A stretch of DNA of 63,305 nt, counting the filler, from Octopus bimaculoides (lineage: Eukaryota), in assembly GCF_001194135.2 (NCBI RefSeq). It is 3 parts of 3 records of this genome, joined end to end, with 100 filler letters (N's around TTAATTAATTAA, not from the genome) between each part and the next. Parts side by side here need not be neighbours in the genome. Positions count along the whole stretch, not along the records: positions 1 to 14,736 come from NC_068998.1; positions 14,837 to 34,107 come from NC_068983.1; 1 more part is not named here. One strand, given 5' to 3'. The position numbers and the translations under genes are program-made. Of this stretch, positions 9,995-23,296 are shown piece after piece; within the stretch, counting starts at the first letter, position 1, and each line of letters begins with the position of its first letter. The notes beneath the pieces were generated by a model that did not search any database, had not been told where the DNA came from, and was given only the letters and a program-made list of their open reading frames with translations.

Positions 9995-10940
9995 TACTTG
10001 CATAGCAAGTGACCTGATCTGAGATCGTGTGCTGGAACGAAAACAATTGCAGCGTGGAAGGTGTTTATAAGCCATTTAAAATAACACACAAAATCCGTTA
10101 GATTCACNNNNNNNNNNNNNNNNNNNNNNNNNNNNNNNNNNNNNNNNNNNNNNNNNNNNNNNNNNNNNNNNNNNNNNNNNNNNNNNNNNNNNNNNNNNNN
10201 NNNNNNNNNNNNNNNNNNNNNNNNNNNNNNNNNNNNNNNNNNNNNNNNNNNNNNNNNNNNNNNNNNNNNNNNNNNNNNNNNNNNNNNNNNNNNNNNNNNN
10301 NNNNNNNNNNNNNNNNNNNNNNNNNNNNNNNNNNNNNNNNNNNNNNNNNNNNNNNNNNNNNNNNNNNNNNNNNNNNNNNNNNNNNNNNNNNNNNNNNNNN
10401 NNNNNNNNNNNNNNNNNNNNNNNNNNNNNNNNNNNNNNNNNNNNNNNNNNNNNNNNNNNNNNNNNNNNNNNNNNNNNNNNNNNNNNNNNNNNNNNNNNNN
10501 NNNNNNNNNNNNNNNNNNNNNNNNNNNNNNNNNNNNNNNNNNNNNNNNNNNNNNNNNNNNNNNNNNNNNNNNNNNNNNNNNNNNNNNNNNNNNNNNNNNN
10601 NNNNNNNNNNNNNNNNNNNNNNNNNNNNNNNNNNNNNNNNNNNNNNNNNNNNNNNNNNNNNNNNNNNNNNNNNNNNNNNNNNNNNNNNNNNNNNNNNNNN
10701 NNNNNNNNNNNNNNNNNNNNNNNNNNNNNNNNNNNNNNNNNNNNNNNNNNNNNNNNNNNNNNNNNNNNNNNNNNNNNNNNNNNNNNNNNATATGTATACA
10801 TGTATATATATATATATATACATATATTAGTGTGTATATACAGACAATATGTATGTTTATAATTTATAATTATATATATATAATTTTAACTATAATATCC
10901 TGGTTGTGGGATTTCAATTTTCTTTCTTTTGCATCAACAA

Positions 10941-11030
<90 letters not shown>

Positions 11031-11044
11031 TATTATTATCATTA

Positions 11045-11242
11045 TTATTGTTTGAACTCAGAGCAGAATTCAGTGACAATGAATTTATATATCTTTGTTG
11101 CTCTAGGTTCAAGCTGAGATTGACTTTTGCCTTTCATAATTCCTGGGATAATAAATTATGTACCAGTGATACGCTGGGATTGCAACAATTATTTATCCCC
11201 TCTCCAGCAAACTGTCTGTGTGTCTATATTAGAAACCACCAC

Positions 11243-11294
<52 letters not shown>

Positions 11295-11580
11295 GTCGTC
11301 GTCATCATCGTCATCATCGTCGTCATCATCATCGTCATCATCGTCGTCATCGTCATCAAACTGGCAAGCTTGCAGAATTGTTAACATGCCAGACAAAAAT
11401 GTCTAGTGCGGTTTTGTCCATCTTTCCACCCTGAGTTCAAATTCTGCCAAGGTCAGCTTTACCTTTCATCCGTTTGGAGTTAATAAAATTAGTACCAGTT
11501 ATTCACTGGGGTCAATGTAACCGACTTAATCCCTTCCCCCCAAATTTGAAGCCTTGTGCTTCCAATAGAAAGGATTATCA
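11045..11580 (+). mobile_element. Two family-A SINEs embedded in (TTA)n/(CAT)n/(CGT)n microsatellites
   Basis: Copies at ~11050-11235 and ~11365-11580. Confidence 0.8.
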
Positions 11581-11618
11581 TTATTGTTGTTATTATTGTT
11601 ATCATCATTATTATTATA

Positions 11619-11677
<59 letters not shown>

Positions 11678-12269
11678 TACTGCTTTTGTTAGCAGACACT
11701 TTGTCTTATTGTACTGTAATCTTGTCCTTTTTTTTGCTGGAATTGACTTGTGTGTGCAGATCACGGAATAGGTAAAACATCATTCTGGTATATTGTTACG
11801 AACTTTTATCTTCTGAGTTCAATACCTGCTCAGGTCCATTTTACTCTCAGTTGTTTCCTGGGATCAACACGATAGGTTGGAACCTTTAAAAGTGGTGCAC
11901 CAGCATGGCCACAGTCCTTTGATTGGAACCGGTCATAAAAATGAAAATAACCATTTTATGCTTTGAGTTCTAATCCTGAAGATGTGCACATGATGTTTTC
12001 ATTCTTCGAGGGACAATAAAGAACCACAGTGCTCCAGCGTGGCCACTGTCTTTTGACTGGAACCAGCCAAAGAATGAAATAATCTCTTTATGTTTTGAGT
12101 TCAAACCCTGAAGGTATCAACATGATCTTTTCAGTCTTCAAGGACCAAGAGATGACCATTTACCACAAATGGATCTCTGTTGGTGGTGGTGGTCGTTGTC
12201 GTCATCGTGGTGGTGATGAGCAAAGCAGCTCTATTGTTCTAACCATTTGGATTGTAAGGCAAGTGGTTG

Positions 12270-12485
12270 AGTACTCCACAGACATATCTGGTCTAAATAT
12301 CTTACCTGTTTTATGTTCAAACTGGCCAGTTCTGGTCTCTCACACCTATCCAGCAATGTTATTTTAGAAATAAATGACCACAGCATTGAAATCTTGAAGC
12401 TGTAAGATAATGCATAACTAACTCAAGCGAATTAAAATAAATAAGCATCACATAAGACAATAATCTGAATGCTAAAAGGTTAAAC
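12270..12485 (-). mobile_element. piggyBac-like MITE (TTAA-CC terminus); second partial copy follows
   Basis: Ends atctgaatgctaaaaggTTAA, the reverse complement of TTAAccctttagcattcagat at 44120. Internal sequence is shared with 44120-44290. Confidence 0.45.
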
Positions 12486-12991
12486 CAGTCACATCCAGCC
12501 CAGATATTCTACCTGACCGGATCAGACCTCTCATACCTACCCTACAATGTCATTCTCAAAATAAACAATCACATTATCAAAACCTTGAAGCTATGATATT
12601 AATTTAAAACAATGTAATTTCTCGGGTAGAACCAGTATGATACAGTGTGTGGCAAGGCTTGACCTGTTGAATTACTGGTATAATCAATCTGAGAGGTTTC
12701 AGTACAGTTTCCATTTCCATCTGCCCAGGGCTTCAGTAAAAGACTGTTTGGTCAGAACCGTATGTATTAGGATTGAAGTTGGGACATCTTGTGATTGCAA
12801 AGCTGACTGGTTAACCATTCAACCATGCCTGCAACCTGTCATGTACTGGGGTAGATTCAGCCCTTTTCTCTTTGACCCCCCTCCACCTCCATCTACAAAA
12901 TTTGTGGCCTTCTACTGATATGATTAACCTTTACTTTTTTTTATTTTATCTTTAGATGCTTTTTTTCTTTTTTTTTTTCTTTTTCTTTTTC

Positions 12992-13022
<31 letters not shown>

Positions 13023-13719
13023 TTTTTTTTGGTGTTCAGTTTTCTGTTTCTGCTGCTATTAATTATTCTCCCTGCTCCATCATCATCATCATCACCACAA
13101 CCACCACCACCATCACCACCACTACACAGTGATCATCAATACCATCATCATCATCATCATCATCACAATATCACCACCACCACCATCATCAACATCATCA
13201 CCGTCATCATCATCATCATCATCATCATCATTTCCACTACCATCACCACCACCAACACCATCACCACCATCACCATCAAACACCATCCTTATCATCTCAT
13301 CATCATCTTCATCATCATCAGATGTTTTCATCTAATCAGCTTAATCAACTTGTCACTTCGTTAAACGTCCATTAAAAGTCTGTTTTTTTTTTCCTTTTTT
13401 TTTGTTTTGGGGTTTTTTATGTTATTATTTTTTTATTTTATATTTCATTTTATTTTTTTTCTGTTCTGTTCTGTTCTGTTCACATATCACAGAATTTAGA
13501 AAATATCAATGGAGCCTGTTGTACATTTTAACTACAATAAATTATATACACTCTTTATTATATAGTTGTAAATATACACACTGGATTCAGAAAGAAGATA
13601 AAGACTAAATATTATATACACTCTTTATACAGATGTAAATAAAACATTTATGAGCAAAAATAATTATAATCGTCTTTGTTGTTTTTTTAATTTCATTTTT
13701 GTAATTTTGTGCATAAGGG

Positions 13720-13920
13720 TACAGGCATGACTGTGTGGATAGGAAGCTTGTTTCCCAACCATGTGGTCTTGAGTTCAGTCCCACTGTGCCACACCTTGGG
13801 CAAAGTTCACTGTGCTACACCTTGGTCCCAGACCAACCAAAGACTTGTAAGTGGGTTTGGAAGACAGAAACAGAAATAAAGTCCATCATATGTGCGTGTG
13901 TGTGTGTGTGTGTGTGTGAT
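13720..13920 (+). mobile_element. SINE family B head followed by (TG)n
   Basis: ggcatgactgtgtggataggaagcttg..ccaaccatgtggtcttgagttcagtcccactg..ccttgggcaa. Confidence 0.75.
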
Positions 13921-14283
13921 AATTTTCTGAAACGTGGATAATTTGTGGGGATGGATTCCCGTGGGCCCCCACCACTCCGATTTCGGTGGGAAAAAGTCAT
14001 TTGCGGTATATTAAGAGAGGAGATTAGTTGATAGCACAAGAAAAAAGACAAAAACTAGGGGAAAAACATTATTTCTCACCAAAATCGAGTTAAGTTTTTA
14101 CTAAACTATAAATTTAAACTAGATCTAAATAAACAACCCCTGTTAAAAATATTCTGGCAAGAATCGGGGAGAAATTTAACATCCCAAAGAAACTTAATTT
14201 CGGTAGAAAGTATGTTTTTTTAACTTTTTTAAAAATAAAATGTCGAAAACTGATGTGGAAAAATCGGTCCAATTACTTCAAGA

Positions 14284-14736
14284 CCGCCCCTGTCTATATA
14301 TATACATATATATATATATATTTGGGGATTGTCACATTAAATTGACTGTATACAACTACTTTATATATATAAATATACAAATTAATTATCAATTATCAAT
14401 ATAGGGCGTCGTTTAAAAAATATTTTCGCTGCTCTTTCTAGCAAATTAAAACAATAACATACACGTTAAACGAAGCGGTCGCTGAGGTGTAAAGGGAGAT
14501 AACCCTACATTTGAGGGTTATCTCCCTTTATACCTCAGCGACCGCTTCGTTTAACGTGTATGTTATTGTTTTAATTTGCTAGAAAGAGCAGCGAAAATCT
14601 TTTTTAAACGACGCCCTATATTGATAATTGATAATTAATTTGTATATTTATATATATAAAGTAGTTGTATACAGTCAATTTAATGTGACAATCCCCAAAT
14701 ATATATATATATATGTATATATATAGACAGGGGCGG
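14284..14736. repeat. Near-perfect palindrome: 223-bp arms, 7-nt loop, ending at a scaffold end
   Basis: Arms 14284-14506 and 14514-14736, loop acatttg, two mismatches seen. Confidence 0.96.
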
Positions 14737-14836
14737 NNNNNNNNNNNNNNNNNNNNNNNNNNNNNNNNNNNNNNNNNNNNTTAATTAATTAANNNNNNNN
14801 NNNNNNNNNNNNNNNNNNNNNNNNNNNNNNNNNNNN
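14737..14836. other. Artificial scaffold-join spacer (N44-TTAATTAATTAA-N44)
   Basis: Exactly 100 nt; the 12-mer has stop codons in all six frames; identical construct at 34108-34207. Confidence 0.93.
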
Positions 14837-15234
14837 AGAACTATAGTTGGATAAGGTTATAATGTAATTCATTTGAAAAAACCGTTAGAGATATGGACGC
14901 TACCAGATAGTACTTAGGACAAGAAAGGAAGGAAGAGAAAAAAAAAGAGAGAAGGAAAATTCAGAGTGTAGATTTTGGAGTAGATGGGATGATATAAATA
15001 CAATAAAAAAATTTATTTGGAAAGGAATGTTATGTAATAGAAAGTCATTATAAACGGGGTTAATACTGTGTTTCTATGAAAATATTGAGATGAATGTATA
15101 TAAACACTTATACTTATGTGTATGAGCATATATATACACAAACAGAACTACATTTCCTCCAATAAGTTCATATATGCATATTTATACACACACCCACGTT
15201 AAAAACACACACTCACATATACATACGAACACAC

Positions 15235-15285
<51 letters not shown>

Positions 15286-15744
15286 NNNNNNNNNNNNNNN
15301 NNNNNNNNNNNNNNNNNNNNNNNNNNNNNNNNNNNNNNNNNNNNNNNNNNNNNNNNNNNNNNNNNNNNNNNNNNNNNNNNNNNNNNNNNNNNNNNNNNNN
15401 NNNNNNNNNNNNNNNNNNNNNNNNNNNNNNNNNNNNNNNNNNNNNNNNNNNNNNNNNNNNNNNNNNNNNNNNNNNNNNNNNNNNNNNNNNNNNNNNNNNN
15501 NNNNNNNNNNNNNNNNNNNNNNNNNNNNNNNNNNNNNNNNNNNNNNNNNNNNNNNNNNNNNNNNNNNNNNNNNNNNNNNNNNNNNNNNNNNNNNNNNNNN
15601 NNNNNNNNNNNNNNNNNNNNNNNNNNNNNNNNNNNNNNNNNNNNNNNNNNNNNNNNNNNNNNNNNNNNNNNNNNNNNNNNNNNNNNNNNNNNNNNNNNNN
15701 NNNNNNNNNNNNNNNNNNNNNNNNNNNNNNNNNNNNNNNNNNNN

Positions 15745-15785
<41 letters not shown>

Positions 15786-15831
15786 ATGTATGTATGTATG
15801 TGTGTATGTATGTATGTGTGCGCGCGCGTGT

Positions 15832-16060
15832 GGTGTAAACAAATTTGGTTAATTAAAGAAAAACAAAAGTTATTTGTCGATCGGTAACTACTTAGGACTG
15901 CTAAACCTTATCGAGTAGGGGAAAATAGATGCGAGCAATGCACAGAGGAGCTGCACCAAATAATTACATCAAAACACACAGTAATCAATATAAGACACAA
16001 AAAAGCCTTTAGATGTTTACACAAACATGGTTGAAACTTTAAGAAATATAAAGATAATTC
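15832..16060 (+). mobile_element. Penelope-like element, GIY-YIG endonuclease C-terminal remnant
   Basis: CKQIWLIKEKQKLFVDR*LLRTAKPYRVGENRCEQCTEELHQIITSKHTVINIRHKKAFRCLHKHG fits the PLE pattern IWxLK..PY..CxxCxxE..I..NxR..CxH. Confidence 0.7.
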
Positions 16061-16619
16061 TAGATAGCGAACACTCCAGCAAGAATTGGGCTTGATATAA
16101 CAAGTAGAACAACATGACCTAAAGTTGAAAATATTTAATAGCCATCATGAATAAATAAAAAAAGACAAATCCTCCACACAATGTACAACACAAAATATGA
16201 GCAATTCACCCCAAAAAATGAATATAAATAAACAAGAACCCTTTAATACATCACTAAATTCGAAATAGAATCTAACATACACAACCATTGAAACGAACAA
16301 TGGGCCTTAGATTTCACCATATTTATGACCAACCACTAACATTGGACAGCGACTGGAATGAAACTGAGTTCAACAGCCCAAACCTATAAATGACAACATC
16401 CCCCACCTCCCACAGAACACTAGCTAACAAAAGTTTACGTCCAACAGCTCAACTGAAGGATGACCAAGCGGAAGGATCCTGATAAAATTACAGGGACAAT
16501 ATTGCAAGGTTCCATTTGCAACAGTTAGGCACTGCAGTGGAAACACGTGTAGGTCCTTATAATATGCTGTATATAACTAAAAAATAGGCTTGTGGATGTG
16601 CAAGTCTCAATACACTTTA

Positions 16620-16639
<20 letters not shown>

Positions 16640-16651
<12 letters not shown>

Positions 16652-16989
16652 TTATGTTTGACTTTTGTTTTGCATTTGTACAAGTTGGATCCAAGTCTCA
16701 CCCAGAGACCTCAAGAGACAACAAGTTAGAAGTTCATGTAGGTGTTATGCCTAGGGTACCATATATTTAGATTTGTACAGTTTTGTTCAAGTGAATGTTT
16801 AAGAAACCATAAGAAAATTATGTGTTTTCTTTAAAATTTGAGATCACATAGACAGTATTTTACGTAGGATATGGGCAGTTCCCATGAGCACTATCTTTTG
16901 AACATCAGCCATTTTGGGGTTTCCTGGTATCTGAGCTAGATAGTAATCAGCCCGTTTCGCTGTCATTCCCAGGGCACCTATGACAATAG
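16640..16989 (-). mobile_element. R4/Dong-like retrotransposon 3' end with (TAA)n tail
   Basis: Minus translation IVIGALGMTAKRADYYLAQIPGNPKMADVQKIVLMGTAHILRKILSM*, then 3' UTR and (TAA)n. Confidence 0.85.
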
Positions 16990-17575
16990 NNNNNNNNNNN
17001 NNNNNNNNNNNNNNNNNNNNNNNNNNNNNNNNNNNNNNNNNNNNNNNNNNNNNNNNNNNNNNNNNNNNNNNNNNNNNNNNNNNNNNNNNNNNNNNNNNNN
17101 NNNNNNNNNNNNNNNNNNNNNNNNNNNNNNNNNNNNNNNNNNNNNNNNNNNNNNNNNNNNNNNNNNNNNNNNNNNNNNNNNNNNNNNNNNNNNNNNNNNN
17201 NNNNNNNNNNNNNNNNNNNNNNNNNNNNNNNNNNNNNNNNNNNNNNNNNNNNNNNNNNNNNNNNNNNNNNNNNNNNNNNNNNNNNNNNNNNNNNNNNNNN
17301 NNNNNNNNNNNNNNNNNNNNNNNNNNNNNNNNNNNNNNNNNNNNNNNNNNNNNNNNNNNNNNNNNNNNNNNNNNNNNNNNNNNNNNNNNNNNNNNNNNNN
17401 NNNNNNNNNNNNNNNNNNNNNNNNNNNNNNNNNNNNNNNNNNNNNNNNNNNNNNNNNNNNNNNNNNNNNNNNNNNNNNNNNNNNNNNNNNNNNNNNNNNN
17501 NNNNNNNNNNNNNNNNNNNNNNNNNNNNNNNNNNNNNNNNNNNNNNNNNNNNNNNNNNNNNNNNNNNNNNCTTTA

Positions 17576-17589
<14 letters not shown>

Positions 17590-17607
<18 letters not shown>

Positions 17608-17785
17608 TTATGTTTGACTTTTGTTTTGCATTTGTACAAGTTGGATCCAAGTCTCACCCAGAGACCTCAAGAGACAACAAGTTAGAAGTACATGTAGGTG
17701 TTATGCCTAGGGTACCATATATTTGGATTTGTACAGTGTTGTTCAAGTGAATGTTTAAGAAACCATAAGAAAATTATGTGTTTGC
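17590..17785 (-). mobile_element. Second copy of the same R4/Dong-like 3' UTR
   Basis: Matches ~16640-16830 with three substitutions seen; lies across an N gap. Confidence 0.8.
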
Positions 17786-17839
<54 letters not shown>

Positions 17840-17841
<2 letters not shown>

Positions 17842-19250
17842 AAAAATCACAGCTTATGTTGGTGGATATGATGGAAAATAATGTCAGCTGTCCACAGCCA
17901 GCATACTAAGCTGCACTTTCTAAAATGTCATGCTTCAAACCCTGCTAAGTATTCTTGCAGTTCCAAGCAATGCTGATATTTTTAGGTTTTCTACCTTCAC
18001 ATTCGTATCAATCATTTTCAACCATACTGGAAGTTGAGTGTTGATACTTCTAAGTGCACCAATTACCATTAGTATCACGTCTACTCTCTTCATTGATCAC
18101 AACCTTCGCACTTCCTACTTCAAATCGTCGTTGTTATTTTTTTGTTCTTCTTTCACATTGATTCTGTTGTCACCTGGGAATGTTATGCCGATTATCATAC
18201 GTATTCTTTCTTTTTTATTCACCACAAAATGTCCCGTGTCCGATGTCAGGGTGGGTGATCGTAGCGGCTAATTGCATCCCACAGGATGTTTAAATTCTCA
18301 TTTTCGGGGCCTTCTTCTGGTGTTTGCTCATACCACGTCTTTGCTCTTTGTATGCCGTGATTTCTACTGAGCTTCCAATGGACCATTCTTGCTACTTTTT
18401 CATGGCATCGTTTGTATTTACATTGTGCTAATATCAGAAGTGTTGTCTATACTGCACTTCATGTAGATGGTCCTGAACCCCTGTTACTGAGCTGCGCACA
18501 TGCGTGCTTCTGTCTCTATCTTCAGGTCATTCCTCCTCATCCATAACCATCAGTCCTCTCTATCTGTCTTGACGTTCACATCTCTTGCAAACTGACCGAA
18601 TATTTTCTTTTCTATCTATGCTGTCTGTCCTTTTTTTCATTTCTTGTTTAAATTGTTCTTTAGTTACACAATTTTCAGTGTCGATGGCACCGGCCTTCTT
18701 CGTCTGTTTCAACTATGGCTCCATTGCATTTTTTATATACCACCCTAGGCTGTTTTCCTCTGTTTCGATAGAGTCCTGGCAACTGATTAAATCTCTCCCA
18801 CCCTTCTTCTGGACAAGTACAGCCTATCGGAGACACTCGTAGTGTGGAAGACTCCGTGTACTATCAACATTTTTCTGGTCTTGGTATCCATTTTCTTCAT
18901 TTCTCTCTTTTGCCATTTAATAATTTCGCTCAATACCGAAGTGATGTCATTGCCCACGTATTAACTACTTGGATATTTTTTCCATCCAGTTAATTTTAAG
19001 CGCAACAACAACCTTAGTCTTCGGAAACACTTCATCCTCAGTTGCTTTTTCATTTCCTTTCCCATTATCTCGTTGAACTCTAGTATACCAATGTATTTGT
19101 ATCCTTCACTTTTAATTTGTTTAATCAAGTCTTTATCCGGTAATCTATCCCTGCCAGTGACTTACCTTCCCTTATTCAGGTAGTTTATTCTGCACTTCTT
19201 GAGTCCAAATTCCATTCTAACATCAGTACTTTTTATTATATTAATATTCT
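17840..19250 (-). mobile_element. R4/Dong-like non-LTR retrotransposon remnant (RT C-terminal part to RLE domain)
   Basis: Frameshifted minus translations include VRMEFGLKKC, YKYIGILE, SDRLYLSRRR, RMVHW and VIGALRSINTQLPVWL..ALLGTARIL. 3' end abuts (TTA)n at ~17788-17838. Confidence 0.85.
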
Positions 19251-19371
19251 TATCAACTAATTGTAGTTACGAAACATTAGATACTTATTTCATGGTTAGC
19301 TGCTAACTGGAACTTAACCGTGAGCTAAGTGCATATGCCTATGTGTGCTTCCTACAACTAAAAGAGCGGGG

Positions 19372-20090
19372 TACGAGAGTCTGCTGAAAATTACATATGC
19401 CAAACAAGATACTCTTATGAAATAGGAACAAATGAGTCTTATTTTACAACATATTTCCTCTTTCGTTCAACACAATACTTCCATCGGAGTTGCAGTGCTT
19501 GAACGCCACTGGTGAAGAAGCTTTTATGTTGTTAATAAAAGGAATCATCAACAACAGGTATGAAGTCAACATCACTGCGATGTTGGCTCCCAATCAAGTG
19601 TTTTCCATGTTCAGGAACATGATAATCAGTTGATGCTAAATCAGGGGAATCCATTGAAACCAACGACTTTTGTGATAGAGCATCCTCTTGATGAAACCTG
19701 ACCATTTTGGTCATTGTTCATAGGCGTTTGGTCTTCATAGCATTTCGTAACTGTCACATCATGTTGATATATTACTCTCCATTGATGGTTTGGTCGTTTT
19801 GGATATAGTCAATAAACACAATCTTTTGTATCACAAAAAACTGAAGCTATATTCTTACTAGAAGAGGAAACGACCTTTGCTTTTTGGAGCAAGTGGCAAG
19901 GGGTGTTTCCACTGTATTGGTTTTTCTCATCCTGGTTTAGGAAACCCTCAACGAAACGAGCAAGATTTGCCTTAAATAATGTCACATTTGGCCGTGATGT
20001 GATCAACCTGGTGTGCTTTATCTCAAGTGTAAAATATGTGGCACTCGCCAAGCGCAAATCTTTGTCATGCCAAGTTCATTGTGCAGACTA
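19372..20090 (-). mobile_element. Degenerate mariner transposon
   Basis: Minus strand encodes ICAWRVPH, AKVVSSSKNIASVFCD, DSPDLASTDYH and ALQLRWKYCVE. TIR-like tacgagagtctgctgaaaatt at ~19372. Confidence 0.85.
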
Positions 20091-20144
20091 TTGTCAAGTT
20101 TCTCACGGAATATGCTTATATCATAGGTATTTGATAGATGTTCC

Positions 20145-20430
20145 TTAAGGCCTGTTCCTGATCTGCGCACATGCGTGCTTCTGTCTCTAACTGCAGGTCA
20201 TTCCTCCTCATCCATAGCCACCAGTCCTCTGTATCGTTCACATCCCTTTCAAACTGACGTTCATATTGTCTGTCATCTATTAACAAGTCGTAAACACCAT
20301 AAATGTTTTCTTCCTTGGCCGTTGCAGGATTTACAGATCTTGGGTCATATTCAAGACTTTCCCTTCCCCTCTTAAAATCAGCAGCTCACTTATGTATTGT
20401 TGATAAAGCTGGAGAGTCACCCCCTTATGT
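20145..20430 (-). mobile_element. Further R4/Dong-like fragment
   Basis: 20155-20260 resembles 18480-18600 (ctgcgcacatgcgtgcttctgtctct..caggtcattcctcctcatcc). Confidence 0.7.
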
Positions 20431-21086
20431 ATCAACCATATCAGTATGAATGCCCTTTGGAGCTAAACTCTGTTCCTGTAGGTATTTGAGAATAGCACGA
20501 TGCCAAACTTTGTCGATTTTTAAGAGAAGTGGCTACTAGTTCCTTTTTTTGAAGTATTCTTTGAACAATCAGATGGCGGTTTAGCAGGAAAGAAACAATG
20601 CCGCGATTAAAGCGAAAAGTTGAAAATAATCCGTACAAGATTTCACAGACTCACCTTTCATAATTAACCTACAAACTTTCCACCTCGCATGCCTAATTAA
20701 TTTATAGCGCAAGATATAAGATGCTGATTTGGATACAAAATAGCTATTTATTATAATGCATATTTAAGTAATGATAATTTGAGCATCTTGTCTGTGAAAA
20801 GTTAAATTGCAAAATACATTAAAATGTATGTCAAAATGACAGTAATACTTGGACATCGATGGGACATATTCTATCCCCTGATGAATTACCGCAATGGTAT
20901 AATGAGACAATATGTCTAACCTACATCAAACAATGATTAAGTATATGAATAACGTTTTACTCCAAGCAGTATAGTTGCATTCATATTTCCAGAAACAAAA
21001 CGGCACAGTCAAGTAAATGTATTAGTAACAGACAATCATCAGTGCACACACAAACACACACACACATACATACACACACACACACG

Positions 21087-21155
<69 letters not shown>

Positions 21156-22234
21156 NNNNNNNNNNNNNNNNNNNNNNNNNNNNNNNNNNNNNNNNNNNNN
21201 NNNNNNNNNNNNNNNNNNNNNNNNNNNNNNNNNNNNNNNNNNNNNNNNNNNNNNNNNNNNNNNNNNNNNNNNNNNNNNNNNNNNNNNNNNNNNNNNNNNN
21301 NNNNNNNNNNNNNNNNNNNNNNNNNNNNNNNNNNNNNNNNNNNNNNNNNNNNNNNNNNNNNNNNNNNNNNNNNNNNNNNNNNNNNNNNNNNNNNNNNNNN
21401 NNNNNNNNNNNNNNNNNNNNNNNNNNNNNNNNNNNNNNNNNNNNNNNNNNNNNNNNNNNNNNNNNNNNNNNNNNNNNNNNNNNNNNNNNNNNNNNNNNNN
21501 NNNNNNNNNNNNNNNNNNNNNNNNNNNNNNNNNNNNNNNNNNNNNNNNNNNNNNNNNNNNNNNNNNNNNNNNNNNNNNNNNNNNNNNNNNNNNNNNNNNN
21601 NNNNNNNNNNNNNNNNNNNNNNNNNNNNNNNNNNNNNNNNNNNNNNNNNNNNNNNNNNNNNNNNNNNNNNNNNNNNNNNNNNNNNNNNNNNNNNNNNNNN
21701 NNNNNNNNNNNNNNNNNNNNNNNNNNNNNNNNNNNNNNNNNNNNNNNNNNNNNNNNNNNNNNNNNNNNNNNNNNNNNNNNATATATATATATATATATAT
21801 ACATATATCCATGAGTGTGTGTGTGTGCGTGCGCACGTGTATAGTTGCGTATGTTTGTGAACCCACATTCATGTCTATTCATATATGTGTATATGTGCAA
21901 ATATATACATATACATGCATATATGCACACACACACACACACACAGATATATATATATATAGACATACACGTCTCCCTCTGTCTGTGTGTGTGGGGGGGG
22001 GGTTAAGTGCGCATTTGTATGTGCCTGGAAGTGTATGTGCAAATTTATTTGCTGAGTCTTAATGAAATGCATAAGCTTTATTTTTGCAGATCATGTCTGA
22101 AAAAATTATTTATTGCTGTCCACTTTGTCGATGCTTAAGTGATTATACATTTTGAAAGATCGTATATCAGATGGGCTTTACATCGGTTCGTTTGCAAGCT
22201 AGTTCTCTTATTTTGTCACTATAGCATTATTATT

Positions 22235-22620
22235 GTTGATGTTGGCATTCCTTCGCTTACGACGTCAAGGGTTCCAGTTGATCCAATCAACGTAACAGCC
22301 TGCTTGTGAAATTAACGTGCAAGTGCCTGAGCACTCCACAGACACGTGTACCCTTAACGTAGTTCTCGGGATATTCAGCGTGATACAGTGTGACAACGCT
22401 GACCCTTTGAATTACAGGCACAACAGAAACAGGAAGTAAGAGTGTGAGAAAGTTGTGGTGAAAGAGTACAGCAGGGTTCGCGACCATCCCCTGCCGGAGG
22501 CTCGTGAAGCTTTAGGTGTTTTCGCTCAATAAACACTCATAACACCCGGTCTGGGAATCGAAACCGCGATCCTATGACCGCGAGTACGCTGCCCTAACCA
22601 CTGGGCCATTGCGCTTCCAC
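22235..22620 (-). mobile_element. SINE family C, variant 2
   Basis: Minus strand gtggaagcgcaatggcccagtggttagggc..ggtttcgattccc shows A and B boxes. 3' body differs from the 7195 copy. Confidence 0.85.
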
Positions 22621-23109
22621 TAGCATTATAATAAAAGCGTGTAATTCTCCAGAAAGTTTGATCGTACTTTTAAGATTGGGAACATTTAACTATTTGTGTA
22701 CGTTTCAGTTTTACCAGTGCCTTCGTGCAAAAAGTTACATTCTAGTTTCTCTATACTCGCTCCCAAATATATTATACAGAACTGGAAAACAAATCGTTGG
22801 TATAAAGTTTATATATATTTTATATGTGAGATCACTATGAGAAACCACGGAGATTTTAAAGCCAAATGCTTTCATTACTATGAATGATTTAAGTGATATA
22901 TTCCATGTGTTGGTGGGTGATACACTATAACGAGTTGATTATACCAATATGTCTTCTACATGTCATATTCCGCTCTTTTATGCAACTCAGATTTTAAGTT
23001 TCTCTTGAATGATGCTTTCAAAGAATTTTTCGTCCTAAAAGTGAAGTACTCGACTTCTTTTAAATACACCCGCGCGCACACACACAAACACACATACACG
23101 CACGTAATT

Positions 23110-23209
23110 TTACTGCTTGGTACGCTGTGCGAGTGCCTTCAAATAAAGCCTCCGACTAACCAAAGCCTTGCGAGAGGATTTGGCTGGCGGAAACGGAAAG
23201 ATGCTAGTA

Positions 23210-23296
<87 letters not shown>

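Noticed and set aside
16640-17785. Near-identical ~190-bp segments on both sides of a gap as a biological tandem duplication
   Set aside because: Could equally be two haplotypes or two reads of one repeat placed around a gap.
20863-20918. ctgatga-attacc/ggtat-gagac motif resembling a fifth hammerhead
   Set aside because: GAAA core is altered and stem I spacing is non-canonical.
22545-22620. tRNA gene
   Set aside because: A and B boxes are present, but I see no acceptor stem or poly-T terminator, and it continues into a repeated body; it is a SINE head.
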